From Catajapyx aquilonaris (taxonomy: Eukaryota), in assembly GCA_000934665.2 (NCBI GenBank), contig JYFJ02001400.1, forward strand, positions 1 to 64,000: DNA of 64,000 nt. Reading direction: 5' to 3'. A program made the position numbers and the translations under genes. Shown piece after piece: positions 50,201 through 61,825 of this stretch. The notes beneath the pieces are model-generated. The model made no database searches. It had not been told where the DNA came from and was given only the letters and a program-made list of their open reading frames with translations. Position 1 is the stretch's first letter. Every line of letters begins with the position of its first letter.

Positions 50201-53200
50201 GCTCGCTAGGAGCAGAAGCAGTGGTCGGTGAAGCCTCGGTGGTACCCTCGCTGTCACCGCCCAGAAGCTGCTTCAGGAGGACCGGATCCCACATCCACAG
50301 GTCGGGAGAAGCCACGGTTCCATCCTTGGTCGTCGTCTTCATCGTCTTGGAGCTGACCATCCTCCTGTTCACTTCTGATGAGTCATCCGAGTCACTGGTG
50401 TCGGCTGCGGCTGTGGATGGGGCAGGTGCAGGTGCTGAAGTGGTCGGCTGAGCAGCGGCGGCCATCTGGCTCATCATGTTCATAAGCATCATCTTCTTCA
50501 GGGAGGGTCCCTTCATGAACATGGACATGTAGAGGGGCCAGGCTGGACCCATCGCAGATGCTGTAGGAGGCATCATCATGCCTGGAAACATGCCTGGAAA
50601 CATGGCGGCTGCTGGAGAGGCTGGGTCTCCTGGCTTTGAGGTCGCTGCTGCCATGGCCAGGTAGGGCAGGAGCATGCCTGGTGACCTCTTCTTCAGGTTG
50701 GCTTTGGAGAAGGAGTCCGTCTCGGCTGAGGATATTTGAGCATTGCAATTAAAGGTCAACACACTGTTAGCAAAGGAACACCACAACATAAACATACTGT
50801 ACAAGGTTTTCTATTCAATGGAATCATTTACACATCATGCCGTATACCTAGCTCTTAAAAAAATTAAACGAACCTATTGAGATTAGGGTCAGACACTGTC
50901 ATTGCACAAATATTCGCAGCATTTTGTGTTCTCATTGTTTAGTGTTGTGCGGACAGTGCGGTGTACCGTGTACGTACCATCAAAGATCAAATGCATGTTA
51001 ATGTGCGGGGGGGACGTGGAAAATATGCCTGATTTGATGTTTTCGTTGTGGATGCCTTTGATTTATTCTTAGGTATGCAGGCCGCTGGTTGACGACCGAA
51101 CAAAAGAATATGTTCCCAATTTTGTTGCCTGCTATGTGGTCAAGCATCAACTTTTTCTGTTAGAAAGTTAATCAAAGTTGATGCTTACAAGTGTTTTTCA
51201 TTTATACTCAGATACGTTACAAAATACTGGTTTGACTTTCTGACACATTGGCTAAAGAATGTGAATTGGATTTAAAATTTGTAAATTTGCAAATTTTTTT
51301 CAGGCCATCATCTTCTGCATATCGTTTGCATGCGACTTGACGCCAATGATTGTGTCCATCATGAACGGCTACTACCCCGATCCAGCAGCCTTCCTTCCGA
51401 GAGGTAAATATCCATGTGATGAAAAGCAAAATAATGTTCTTTCATGCCTGCTCTTTTAGTCAATCTTTTGATTGGCCAACTCAACTTTGCATCTAAGATT
51501 TAATAATGAAACGGTGTCTTGTACTGCCTAAGTTATGAGCCATAATCAGTTCATAATTACTGTTAGTATTACGGTACTGGTTTTCCGTTGGCTTTATGAC
51601 AGTATTATTGATATATTATACTCTGGTTTGTACTGAACGGTACTGAGCTATTCAATTTCAAATGCGGTGGGGAGAGAACGAGGGAGCGGTCCAGTTGTAA
51701 TTGGTCTAAAGATGCCGAAAGTGTAATTTAAGATGCCGAAAAGACCCTTTTATTGGCTTCGGCTTGCAAAGGTACCAAAATGTCTAGCATGGACGGCGGC
51801 ACCTGCTGGTTGTAGAGGAAGGTCAGTGAACCTGTTATTTTCCTTCCGAAGGAAAGAACGGGCTTGTTGAAGGACAACAAAAATAATTATTTTGACAATT
51901 TCAAACTTCATGCTTCTAGTGCATACAGCACGTGCTTGACAGGGCAGCTATTTTCTTCAGCGCCATTTTCATGCCAATTCTTTCAGCTCGGGCCACATGC
52001 CGCACGAAATTCATGTACAGTATTCCTACCACAACAAAAATGCACGCCGTATTATACTGACAAAATCAACACGTGCAACACATATTTAGCGAATTGTTTC
52101 AGTGTGGTACAATTACGGATATTATGCAATCATTCCATATTATCCGGGAGCAAAGTGCAGTCGGATCGCACCATTTGTGGATCATGTTGTAGGTATATAC
52201 AGGGTGACTTTCAAGTCTGGATACATACTGTAGGTAATTGGATTGGATTGTAGGTTTCCAGTTGTGCTAACTAGCAGGTTGTTGACACTTACTGTCAGTC
52301 AGTAAACCAACAATGCAATCCTATCCACACTTCACAATAACCCTGTATAATTCAGCAAAGACGAAAGGCACTGTCAGTGCGCGGTGCGCCCATACAAACT
52401 TCAAGATGAATTATTAAAAAAAAAAAATGGCTGGCAAAAAGCTGTCCTCAAATGGGACCCAAAAGTGCGACCGTATCCCCTCGTCACAGCTTGACGTCAA
52501 TGCGTGTCCCTCCAGGATGGTCCGAAAGATCCCAAGGACAATTATTGGGAACAGGGTGTGGCATGCGAGGCTTGACAAAGCCCATGAGGTTCGGGGGGCC
52601 CCCCTTTCTACACATGGTTCAAGTTAAATTATCCTGAAATAGCCGACGCCCCCTGGGGAAAAAGGATTTGTGGCAGACCCTCCAGACTGAACGGAAAGCT
52701 TGACCCCGAGGGGGACGCGGAACTGACCTTGAACCGAAAAAAACCCATTCCCACGTGCACCTCAAACACAAACTTAGCGTGTACCTCGATAAAACATAAA
52801 ACAGCATCATGTACCTTTTTTTAAAAAAATCATCCTATCGAAAAGAGTCTTTGTGCAAAGATGCTAAGTGGCTGAGGAATGTGCATGGATCTTTTTTTTA
52901 GAGGGAAGCTTTAGAGATGAGGGTTGGGGTTAGCCAGAATGAATAAGTTTGGGACCGTTTGGGACTGAGAGAGGCCCTATTTGGCAGAACCATTCAGTTG
53001 GGTCCACCATCCATCGTGGCCCCCTTCCATTCTCTTTCTGCCCTCTTTTTACCCCTCCTTTGAGCCCCCTCTTGGGACAGGTCCTTTTTTTTTTACGCCT
53101 CTCCCCTCCCGAGTGTTTGGGCTGGTGGCGCTGCACCTAGCAACAAAATGATGGACTCTGGTGGACTTTTCTTTGCGGAATTGAAAATGACTCCGGTGAC

Positions 53201-56200
53201 CTTCATAGCGTCTGGCAGTAAGATGAGAAGTTGCGATTTTTTTTTTCTTTCGAACGAGCTCCTCTAGCAACTACTGGACATTAGGCAATAATCATATCAT
53301 GTTACCATACTGTCAGCTCTTCGTCAATTTTTATAAGGAAATGGGCTAGATAAAGATGTTGGCATCGTGCGAGCTCTTCTCTTATATTACCACGCAAATT
53401 GCCTGAATAATCATTTCTGGAGTCTAGCAGAAACATATCTGATTTCGACTCAGTGTTGGAAATTATGTCACAAACGTTTCACAGCATGGCGTGCCACATA
53501 TGAATTATTGTATGCCAGTTTGAGACATTTGTTACATATTTGCTTCTGTACGCGGAGTTCCTAATGGCCTTTGCTAATGGCTACTTGTTGACACTCAAAA
53601 TTTGTCACTTAGTAATGACAGTAAGCTCTTAACGTGCCGCCCCCCATTTGTTGACATATGTCCACGACCCGCCTCCTGACTTCCTACTAGAGTCTACAAA
53701 GCGTGTTCTGCGACGCACCGAGTTGACAGGGTACAGAAAAAAAAAGGTCAAGTGTCACATAACTCTTACGGCTGCTCCGCCCATCATCTGGGGTTGGGGC
53801 AGGCAAAAAGGGGCATGATTGGCTACACCAGAAAGCAAGTGTGGTGACTGTGGTCCATGCGCAGTCTGTGCGTAGGTACCTTCTCGGACAGTGCGTTTCG
53901 CTGTCGCAGTAGTTGAGGGTGCCAGACGTGCGAAGTAGGCTGCATATCCACCAGGCGGCGGCGACCATGCACCAGATCCACCAATAGGAGCCTTGGCTTT
54001 TGAAGCAGACGGGAGGGACATTGCAGCGGGGTCAATCGGTCTGGTCAGACTAGTGATGGTGCTCAGAAGAGATGTTGCGGCCTTCGCGTCCAGGAGGTTC
54101 ACCCCGGAGAAGTAATCTGGAGGAATCATAAGCCATGAAAAGGGCAACAATGCCTAGTGGTTCAGGTACAGCATCAGTCACACTGAGCATTTGAATACCC
54201 CTGATTAAGTCAATTGTTGGGTGTTACACTGTACTCCCGATTATCCGGGTGCGGAATATGTGATTCGGATTATCCGTGCATGGCTGAAACAAACGAAAGT
54301 CCGAAAAATATCAAACTCTAAGAAATTAGAAATTTTTCAAAAGACAATCTACACGGAAATTTTTCTAATTTCGATTAAATCATATTTAAAGCAGAATACA
54401 GTATGTACTGTCGTTAATTAGAACCTGTGATTAGCTCATTTTACGTTATCTATTCATCAATTCTCCGATTATTATCCGTCAACAGCCAGACAATGTATTT
54501 CGACTGATTCAACTAATTAGACTTAATTCCTGCGTCTAGTGGCCACGTAATGCATTAATACTGTTCAAGGGCACTATAATGAATGTTAGGGATGCTCTTC
54601 GGTCTTGCATGACAATAAGTGTTTTGTTGTCGCGTGGCTGGCATTTAATATATAATTCCTCGACAAAGTGCATGCGAGCGGGTGCTTGGTTGATTAGGCT
54701 ACAATGTTTTCCCAGCCCGTCGTAATTAGTAATAAGGAAGGATGTTGATAGTTTCCGGCAGATAATTTGTGGACAGTCTTTGAGAGTATTTATATAGGTA
54801 TTGCGCCCTCTTAATTGTAACTTGAGCTGAACCTGCGAACTTTTTGCCCAGTGCAATGCGACGCAATTGGCATATCGACGTGGGTCTTACGCACATTTCA
54901 CCCACATCGAGCTGTAAACAAGGTGCTTTGTTTAGCAGCAACGGCCGGAAACACTGCGACGTTAGACGAACCGAAATATCACTAAATTGATAAAGCCATG
55001 ATTCATAATTATGAGCCGGTGTCCGTTGGGTCAGACAGAGCCTGTGCAACAGACATGTCGAGTGTTTCCTCTCGGTTTCGGGTTACATGAACTGTGACCT
55101 CTGATAGGAAAAGAATTTTCTTCCTCGAAGGTCAGTGCCGAGTGTGGCTGAAGAAATTTCTGGTCCTTTCCAGACCTCGTTGCATCTTTTGGGATTGTCA
55201 CGTGTCTCGTTGCCTGGAGTGATTTGCATGGTGTTGTCGTAATTGGATAGCACATGTTTCGCTGTTAAGCATGTGTACTGTGTAGTGTTCTTTTCATGGC
55301 CGAGCGAGCAGGATCGATAATGCCACGTACTTTACATTAGTCATGCTAATAGACGCCTGTGTGGTGGTTTCACCTTTGTTACCTGAACTGTCTGGTAGAA
55401 GGTAAGGCAAAGCTGTGCTTTCCGCTAAAAATAATCGGTGGGAGTATATATCACTTCTTGCACTTTCTAAGACGAATGTTTGCACATAAATGCACTGAGT
55501 CACAGTAGGTGGAAGTGTGTCGAGTTTATTCGTTAACCTCTGTATATTCGCGTTGGACTCTCAATGGATTTCCAACCGTTTATGTCTATCCACCCACGCT
55601 GACTTGCATGCCGGAAATTATACACATACAACAGTTGGGCACTCTCGTTATATTGCGGTCTGTCTTTGTAGCATATCCTGTGATGGCCACTACTTGCGGC
55701 ACATTCCTCTCATGCCAATTATTGTGCTGCAGGTTGTGGGATTCGCAGGATATGTGCGAAAGAGCAAGTGACCATAATGATAAGTGTGTTGCAGCTACAT
55801 AACTACATGGGTCGAAATATTTGCACTCCTAAATATTATTAACTGCACCCCAAACTGAGCGTTGGAGTGCAAAGTTGGCACGTCCAGTTGCTCCTATGTT
55901 TTTTTTAGCACGACTAAGCCCAGCAATTAAAAATTGAGCACTTCAAGTAGGCATCTGGTGGTGATGAGTTTGAAAACGTCCAGTAAATCAGAGTCTGGAA
56001 TGAAGCCGTGAAGGGAAAGGCTTCATATAACCCCCACAAAGAGCCATAAAAATCGGTTGCCCACTAAGCAGGTGGTATTTTCAGCAATCACTGGTAATTA
56101 TTCTCGTTGGCATTGAAAATGACAGCTGCTGGTTGCATCCCTTGAATTGAAATGAATTTACCAGCAGCTTAGCCCATTTTGTCATCCGAAGTTAATGCCG

Positions 56201-57429
56201 GTTAATAGTATATTGATGAGCTCATATCGCATATAAAAATAATTGATTCTAAAATTAGCGGCTATTATTTTGATGATATGAAGTAGCTGATTCAAAGTAA
56301 CTGCTCCATAGGAAGCAGCCCGGCACATTAAAAAAACAGTACAGAACTTACACTTCAATAATTGGAACACAGCGGGCTGTTTTCTGCCGTGTGCCTACAG
56401 TTTATATTATTGTTAATGTTTTTTCGGTGTTTCCACGAAAAGAAAATATTTTCCTGCCAAAATAGTTACGTACCTTACTGTAGTATAGTGTAATGAAGAA
56501 CATGTTGCTTTCATTTTGACCTTAGTATTAGCCATGCGCTATGAGACACTCAAGTAGGCTATCATTAGTCTGGCGGTAACAATACTGTAAAATCAATATT
56601 CGCTGCCGGATATTTTATTGAGCACCATTCACGTTTACAAAACGTATTCATTATTCTCAATTACCGTACACGTGTACGCACGTGTCGTTTATGGTATTTC
56701 AACAGATACATTGTATTGCGACTGTCCTTGCAAAAATATATAGGATACTTGGTAACTTAATTTGCATCTACTTTGGCAGCTGTAACTGGATTAAGCTCCT
56801 GATGGGGCAAAAAGACTGGTACCGTACGACCTTGTCGCAGGATAATGCGGGATTATTCCGCAAGTAATTATCTTTACCGCCATTTGAACATCTGTCATTA
56901 TGAGTACAATAGCTGGGATTCTCAGCAAGTTTAGATGGCACATGATGGTACAAGCAGCCAGAAAAATTTTCTCGCTTAGTTATTCCCATCAGTTGGAATG
57001 GCAAATTCCTTCTCTATAGAGAATCCCAGCTATTCCTTGTTTATAAGGAACCTAGCAGGAATAAATTCTGTCTCGACTCTGTTTTTCTGTCTCTCATCAT
57101 AAAAGACCCCCAAAACGGACATTCCCTCAGGGTTTAATAAACAGCACCGATAGGGCACATGGTCATTGGTATAGAATTTTGGTCCCGACCTTTCCTTTCC
57201 TTTTACCCTGTCATAAATCCTCATGGATCCCAAACAAAGGCCCCAAAACAGTTTTCGTTACAATGGTCCACTTGCCTTCCAATTTCCAAGCCGGCGCGGC
57301 CTCGGTGCTTCCGGTGCTGTCGTCGGTGCCAGGGTCATCCTCGGTGCTCTTGGATATCAAAGTCTTGCCCTGGACATCTTGTCTCAGGATCAGCAGCAGC
57401 ACTGCAAGGCAGACCCACTTGGCTTCCAT
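47289..57429 (-). CDS. Secreted modular Met/Lys/Thr/Pro/Ala-rich protein (~1111 aa), candidate polyprotein precursor; 5 exons
   Basis: Model: 57429-57276 (signal peptide MEAKWVCLAVLLLILRQDVQG; GC donor), 54116-53880, 53787-53770 (microexon), 50725-47871 and 47360-47289. All junctions are phase-compatible. The 2855-nt exon is open with strong codon bias. Minus-strand AATAAA at ~46552. Confidence 0.7.
52200..52345. mobile_element. Small Tc1/mariner-type MITE
   Basis: TA|cagggtga ... taaccctg|TA, with partially complementary internal arms. Confidence 0.55.
54226..54480 (+). mobile_element. pogo/Tigger-like MITE fragment
   Basis: ta-cactgtactcccgattatccggg. Similar to the reverse of 32953-33160; both give spurious LHCTPDYP ORFs. 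Confidence 0.6.
55808..55900 (+). repeat. Dispersed repeat family (copy 3)
   Basis: gaaatatttgcactcc...aaactgagcgttggagtgcaaagtt, matching the other two copies. Confidence 0.55.
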
Positions 57430-57450
57430 CTTCTGCCGGACACAGCACCC

Positions 57451-57488
57451 ACTAACAGGTGGACAGGTCGAGGGGTCAGCCTTTTATA
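57451..57488 (-). promoter_or_regulatory. TATA + Inr core promoter of the secreted-protein gene
   Basis: TATAAAA at 57488-57482 and TTAGT at 57455-57451, shortly upstream of the ATG at 57429. Confidence 0.65.
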
Positions 57489-60019
57489 GCCGAGGGAGAT
57501 CAAATAGGACGTATTCTGGGAGGGTGGTCATCATCCCGGGTAAGAAGGATTAGGCAGGTGGAAAGAAAGGGAGAGGAAGCTTGAGTACATCTGCTTGAGA
57601 GGATTATGCATCAGGTTGCGGATGAAAGGTCATATTGCAACGCTCTTTTCCGGTTTCCTGCTCGTTTCAAATCGGGTTGTTGCTACCTGGCTTGCAGGTG
57701 TTTGGTCAGATGTGTGGGGGACACTGCTCATCAATAGTTCTTGCTGTACGCCTACATTATAACCTACAGCAAAAAGTTTCCTCGTTTTTCGTCATATCTG
57801 AGGGAATAATTAGGAGGGTTTCAGAATCCTGCGTCTCTATATCTGTAGGAAAATTTTCCACTGAATCCAGGGACCATTGCAGACAAAGCAACATAATTAC
57901 ACTAATCCACGTATACACTCTCCGAATAGTTGTGGAATGTAAGTTTAAATTATGTTGGCAGCTTTGATGACTAGGATGACATATAGCCAGCCTTTTCGAT
58001 GGTGGCGAAAGGTCTCAAGTGCTTCGACAGTGGCGTAGGCAGGGGGGAGCATCCACGAAATGTTTGAAATAGCATTAGAAATTACTATAATTAATGATGT
58101 TTTGGACTTCCAATGAAAGAAATAAATATAATTGCGCCCCTCCCCGAATTTTTTCTGCGGCTTCATCAAGTCCTTGAAACCTGGAATTTGTTGCACTTTT
58201 TATGGTCAGACGCCAAAACACATTATGTATCAACCTGGAGTGCTTCTCCTGAATGATAAGAGGAAGGGATGCAAGGTGCTAAGCTTTGAAGCCCTTCCTA
58301 GTTTAATAAATCCGGTATCAAGGTTTTAGCATTGTCGCGATTATGAATTTATTGGGGATGCCACTCAATGTCACGCAGGGTGTATTACACAATACTGGAG
58401 CAGCATTTGCACAGTCTAGTGCACATACATACATCTAATGTAACATGTCGAGCGGTAAACGTTTGAACAATGGCATTGTTTTTTAAAAATAGTCAACGTT
58501 AATCATCAATAATGATGTAAAGTACAGGCCGTATAGATCGCATCGAATGATCACCGTCTGCATCCGTCGATGGCGTCATGTGCATATAATTACAAACTGG
58601 AGTAGATTAGGAACATTGGTACTATAGTAGTTGTTCCGCAATATTCTAGATCTGTGAGCTGATCTCGAGCGTGACTGGATGAAAATACACGATGGTGTGA
58701 TGCACGATACATTTAGCGCAGCAATCACATTAAAATCCGCCTAACAATGATGCGTACATTTGTAGGATGAATGCACTTTTCCACTTCCATTTGCATATCA
58801 CATGTGGCTCTTACTCGCACGTGGCATCGTGATTTCAGCTTCGGAAATTGTGCAATATTGCACTCACTACAATAAATCAGCTGATAACGTGTCTTACAGT
58901 CAGTTGAACTTGAAATCGGCCATTTATTTCGCGCAATTCATGTCCAGGGATTATGTTGTGAAAGACGCTGTTGCCGTGGTGCGTCATCGGATATTATTTG
59001 CTATATACGAAAGTTGGCAATGTTGAAACAGGAAACACAGAGCGCTTTTAATCTTCCAGAGGTCGAAATACAATTGTTTTAATTCAACTTCATGAGTTCG
59101 TCCACCACGAAAATGTGTCTGACCAGTCACCCTACAGAGAGAATATATTATTCGGAACCTGTGTTTCGCTCTTCTGCAAGTCTATAAATCAGTTGGGCAT
59201 ATACAGTATAAGAATTGTTGAGAGTCAATAAATGCGACGTAGTGTATCGTCCCTGGTATCGTGGGAACCCATCAAACGCCTTCACTTGACGACCACCTGT
59301 CACTTATTAGCTATAGTTCTATACTAAAGGAACATTACTGTATTTGGAATTTTTAACCACCAATCTCTTCAACCCATCATTTGCTTGATCCGCCCACAGT
59401 TGCAGTGGATTTACCTGCGGATAATGTGACTCACCCGCAGCTTTTTGAATGCTTGAACTTTAAAAAAAAAAAAATGAAATTGCGCAGTCGACATATTTGT
59501 GTGTACGTATATCTGAGTCCAATGCATTGCAAAGCAGAAACACACGCCTGATGATAATCAGTTCGTTATACCCTGCTTATGGTACGTTACATCCCGCAGA
59601 TTAGGCAACTTCCTCACATGAAGTCCTCAATAGCACGGGTTTGTAATTCCTCTAAAATCACGTTTGTTTAGATGCTATTTTGCTAATTAGCGAGAATTTT
59701 AAAAAAATGCACTGCTGATTGGTGCTGGTGGTATAGCGGAAATGTTAGTTGGAGTGAACAGCAAGTGACTGGCGCTAAAATTGGATGGCACAATCCGGTT
59801 TCGTTACACGGACTGAACTTTTCCTCAAAATAGCCCGAATCAAAGAGAGTAGACGTGTTGCAAAAAAGCGTCGCGAAAGTTATTAACTCTGTTCTGGATA
59901 TATCAGCACCACATGGCATTCATCGACCTGCTTGAAAGAGAACTCTCAAAGGAGCACTGAAATAATTATGCATTCAGCACTGACTTGCTATAGGAAAGTT
60001 GGCAAACACAATCCAATCG

Positions 60020-60062
60020 ATTTATTTATTTTATTTTATTTTATTTTATTTTATTTTATTTA
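60020..60062. repeat. (TTTTA)n microsatellite
   Basis: Seen directly in the sequence. Confidence 0.9.
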
Positions 60063-60365
60063 TGATACCCCGTGACAGGACAGCACAGTCGATTTATATA
60101 AAATAGCTTATGTCGAGAAATTTTCGAGTAATATAATTTTTATCGGAACTGGATATGGCTAAGTGTAAATATTGCATAGAAAGAGTCGCGAGCTATACTG
60201 TAAACACTTATCCAAATGCCTCGGACATGCTTTGACAACACTCCGCGAAATGCTGCACGTGTTGTTACTGAGAGGGCCTATGTGAGAAAGTATTCACGCT
60301 TGGAAAAGTATGACAACAGAATTTTTAGTGTCCAGCAGGCATCCAGCAGAGTGAATAGTACATAG

Positions 60366-60595
60366 GGAGACGGAGTGGCGCCGCGGTAACGCGCGCGCCC
60401 ACGGAAGTTAAGGTCCCGGGTTCAATCCCCACCCGGGGTTCCCACCTTCTTTCGTGCAGAGTTGGGCCATCTCTGGCTTCGTTTCGGGTGGCAATTTCCG
60501 ATAGACTAAGCCACCCGGGGGAGTTCACAAAATGACCAATTAACGACAGCGCACATGCACTTTGCACATCCCCTCCTAACTACCTTGGAGTATAC
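60366..60595 (+). mobile_element. tRNA-derived SINE (3' end uncertain)
   Basis: A box gtggcgccgcgg at ~60374 and B box gggttcaatccc at ~60418, followed by a non-tRNA body. No clear TSD. Confidence 0.6.
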
Positions 60596-61261
60596 TAATA
60601 AGATTATTCTTAACTCGCTCCAAAAACAAATACCAATGGTGGTAATCCACCACCCCCTAAAGACCTAACAGGGCATTCACGGGGTAAAAAAAAAAAGAAT
60701 AGGACATAGAAAACAATGCCAAAGTGCAATTCAGACTGATGGCCACAATTCCACGTAAGATCTATATGGCTAAACGTACTTCGCAGGTACAACAAAATTA
60801 AAATTTCATGTTATTAATCCGCTGGCCATTGTACAGGATAATGGGATTAAACAGTTCTCCACCTTTTACATTGGGCGTGGCCCCTCAAAATCGATGAAGG
60901 TGACCGCATAAGGTGTTCTGTTCTCAGGGGATTGGGCCATATTATACTGTAGTGACTGAAATTACGTATAGTGGTTTGCGATATCTTGCCAACTAACTTG
61001 TAAGTTGCTTACCTCAAAGCAGTTGTAATTTCCTATACGGTCAATATAATGGTTAGACCTGTTAGATCCTTCTGAATCGTGAAAGAGGATGTGCCCATTT
61101 CATCTAACATTGCCCGAGACTGATAGTTATTATCCACTACTAATATTGCGTGGAATATGTTCTAACATTTAAAAGTTTCAAAGTAGCTAACTGCTTAGAA
61201 ATAAGCAGCTTAGTAAGAAAAATGGCTAACCGCTGCTGACAAAGAGACGGTATTTCTAATA

Positions 61262-61825
61262 CAGTGGACTCCGGATATATAACATACTTCAAGAGACCGA
61301 CGAAAAGATATGTTATAACCGAGGTCTGTTATAGCCTAATCGCCATTTTTGCAGTGAATACGCAAGTTTTCTGCTTTCCATAGCTAATAATGCAAACTAC
61401 TGCTTTTATTAATTAAACTATCCACAAAAATACAAAATTGGCCTACCCGTAAACTTATAGGCAGGACCAAAAAAAAAAATGCTGTAAGTTTCATCTGCCG
61501 TCTCCTTATTGGCAAATATACCAGAAAAATTATGATTTTCAGTAGCTTAAATCAGCGACAGACGGTGACAGATATGCGAAAATCACTCCACTGATCCAGT
61601 ATTCTCTGCTGCCTTCTTGCGAGTGAAATAAAGTTAAATAACCGAAACGACAAGCATATTTTCCCACCAAGGGGCCAAAAACTGATCTGGTAAAGCCGAG
61701 GCGAGGTGAAAATGAAAATGTAATATTATTATCAGGAGTAAAAATACACCGGGCCTTACGGAAGTTTGCCGGGAGCGGCCTTTAGAGTCTGTTATAACCA
61801 AAGCTGTTATATCCGGAGTCAACTG
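61262..61825. mobile_element. Tigger/pogo-like MITE
   Basis: TA|cagtggactccggatatataaca ... tgttatatccggagtcaactg|TA. Confidence 0.75.

Noticed and set aside
47752..50451. Series of plus-strand ORFs opposite the large exon
   Set aside because: They are antisense shadows of a codon-biased CDS.
50726..50935. ORF-track start MYSMFMLWCSF (50804) or ATG ~50935 as the N-terminus of the large protein
   Set aside because: This stretch reads as intron up to the acceptor cctcag at 50726. A better signal-peptide exon with a TATA promoter exists at 57429.
29733..60595. tRNA-like A/B boxes at ~29735, ~44989 and ~60374 as tRNA genes
   Set aside because: I could not fold complete cloverleafs. Each continues into a SINE-like body, two have TSDs, and none has an immediate poly-T terminator.
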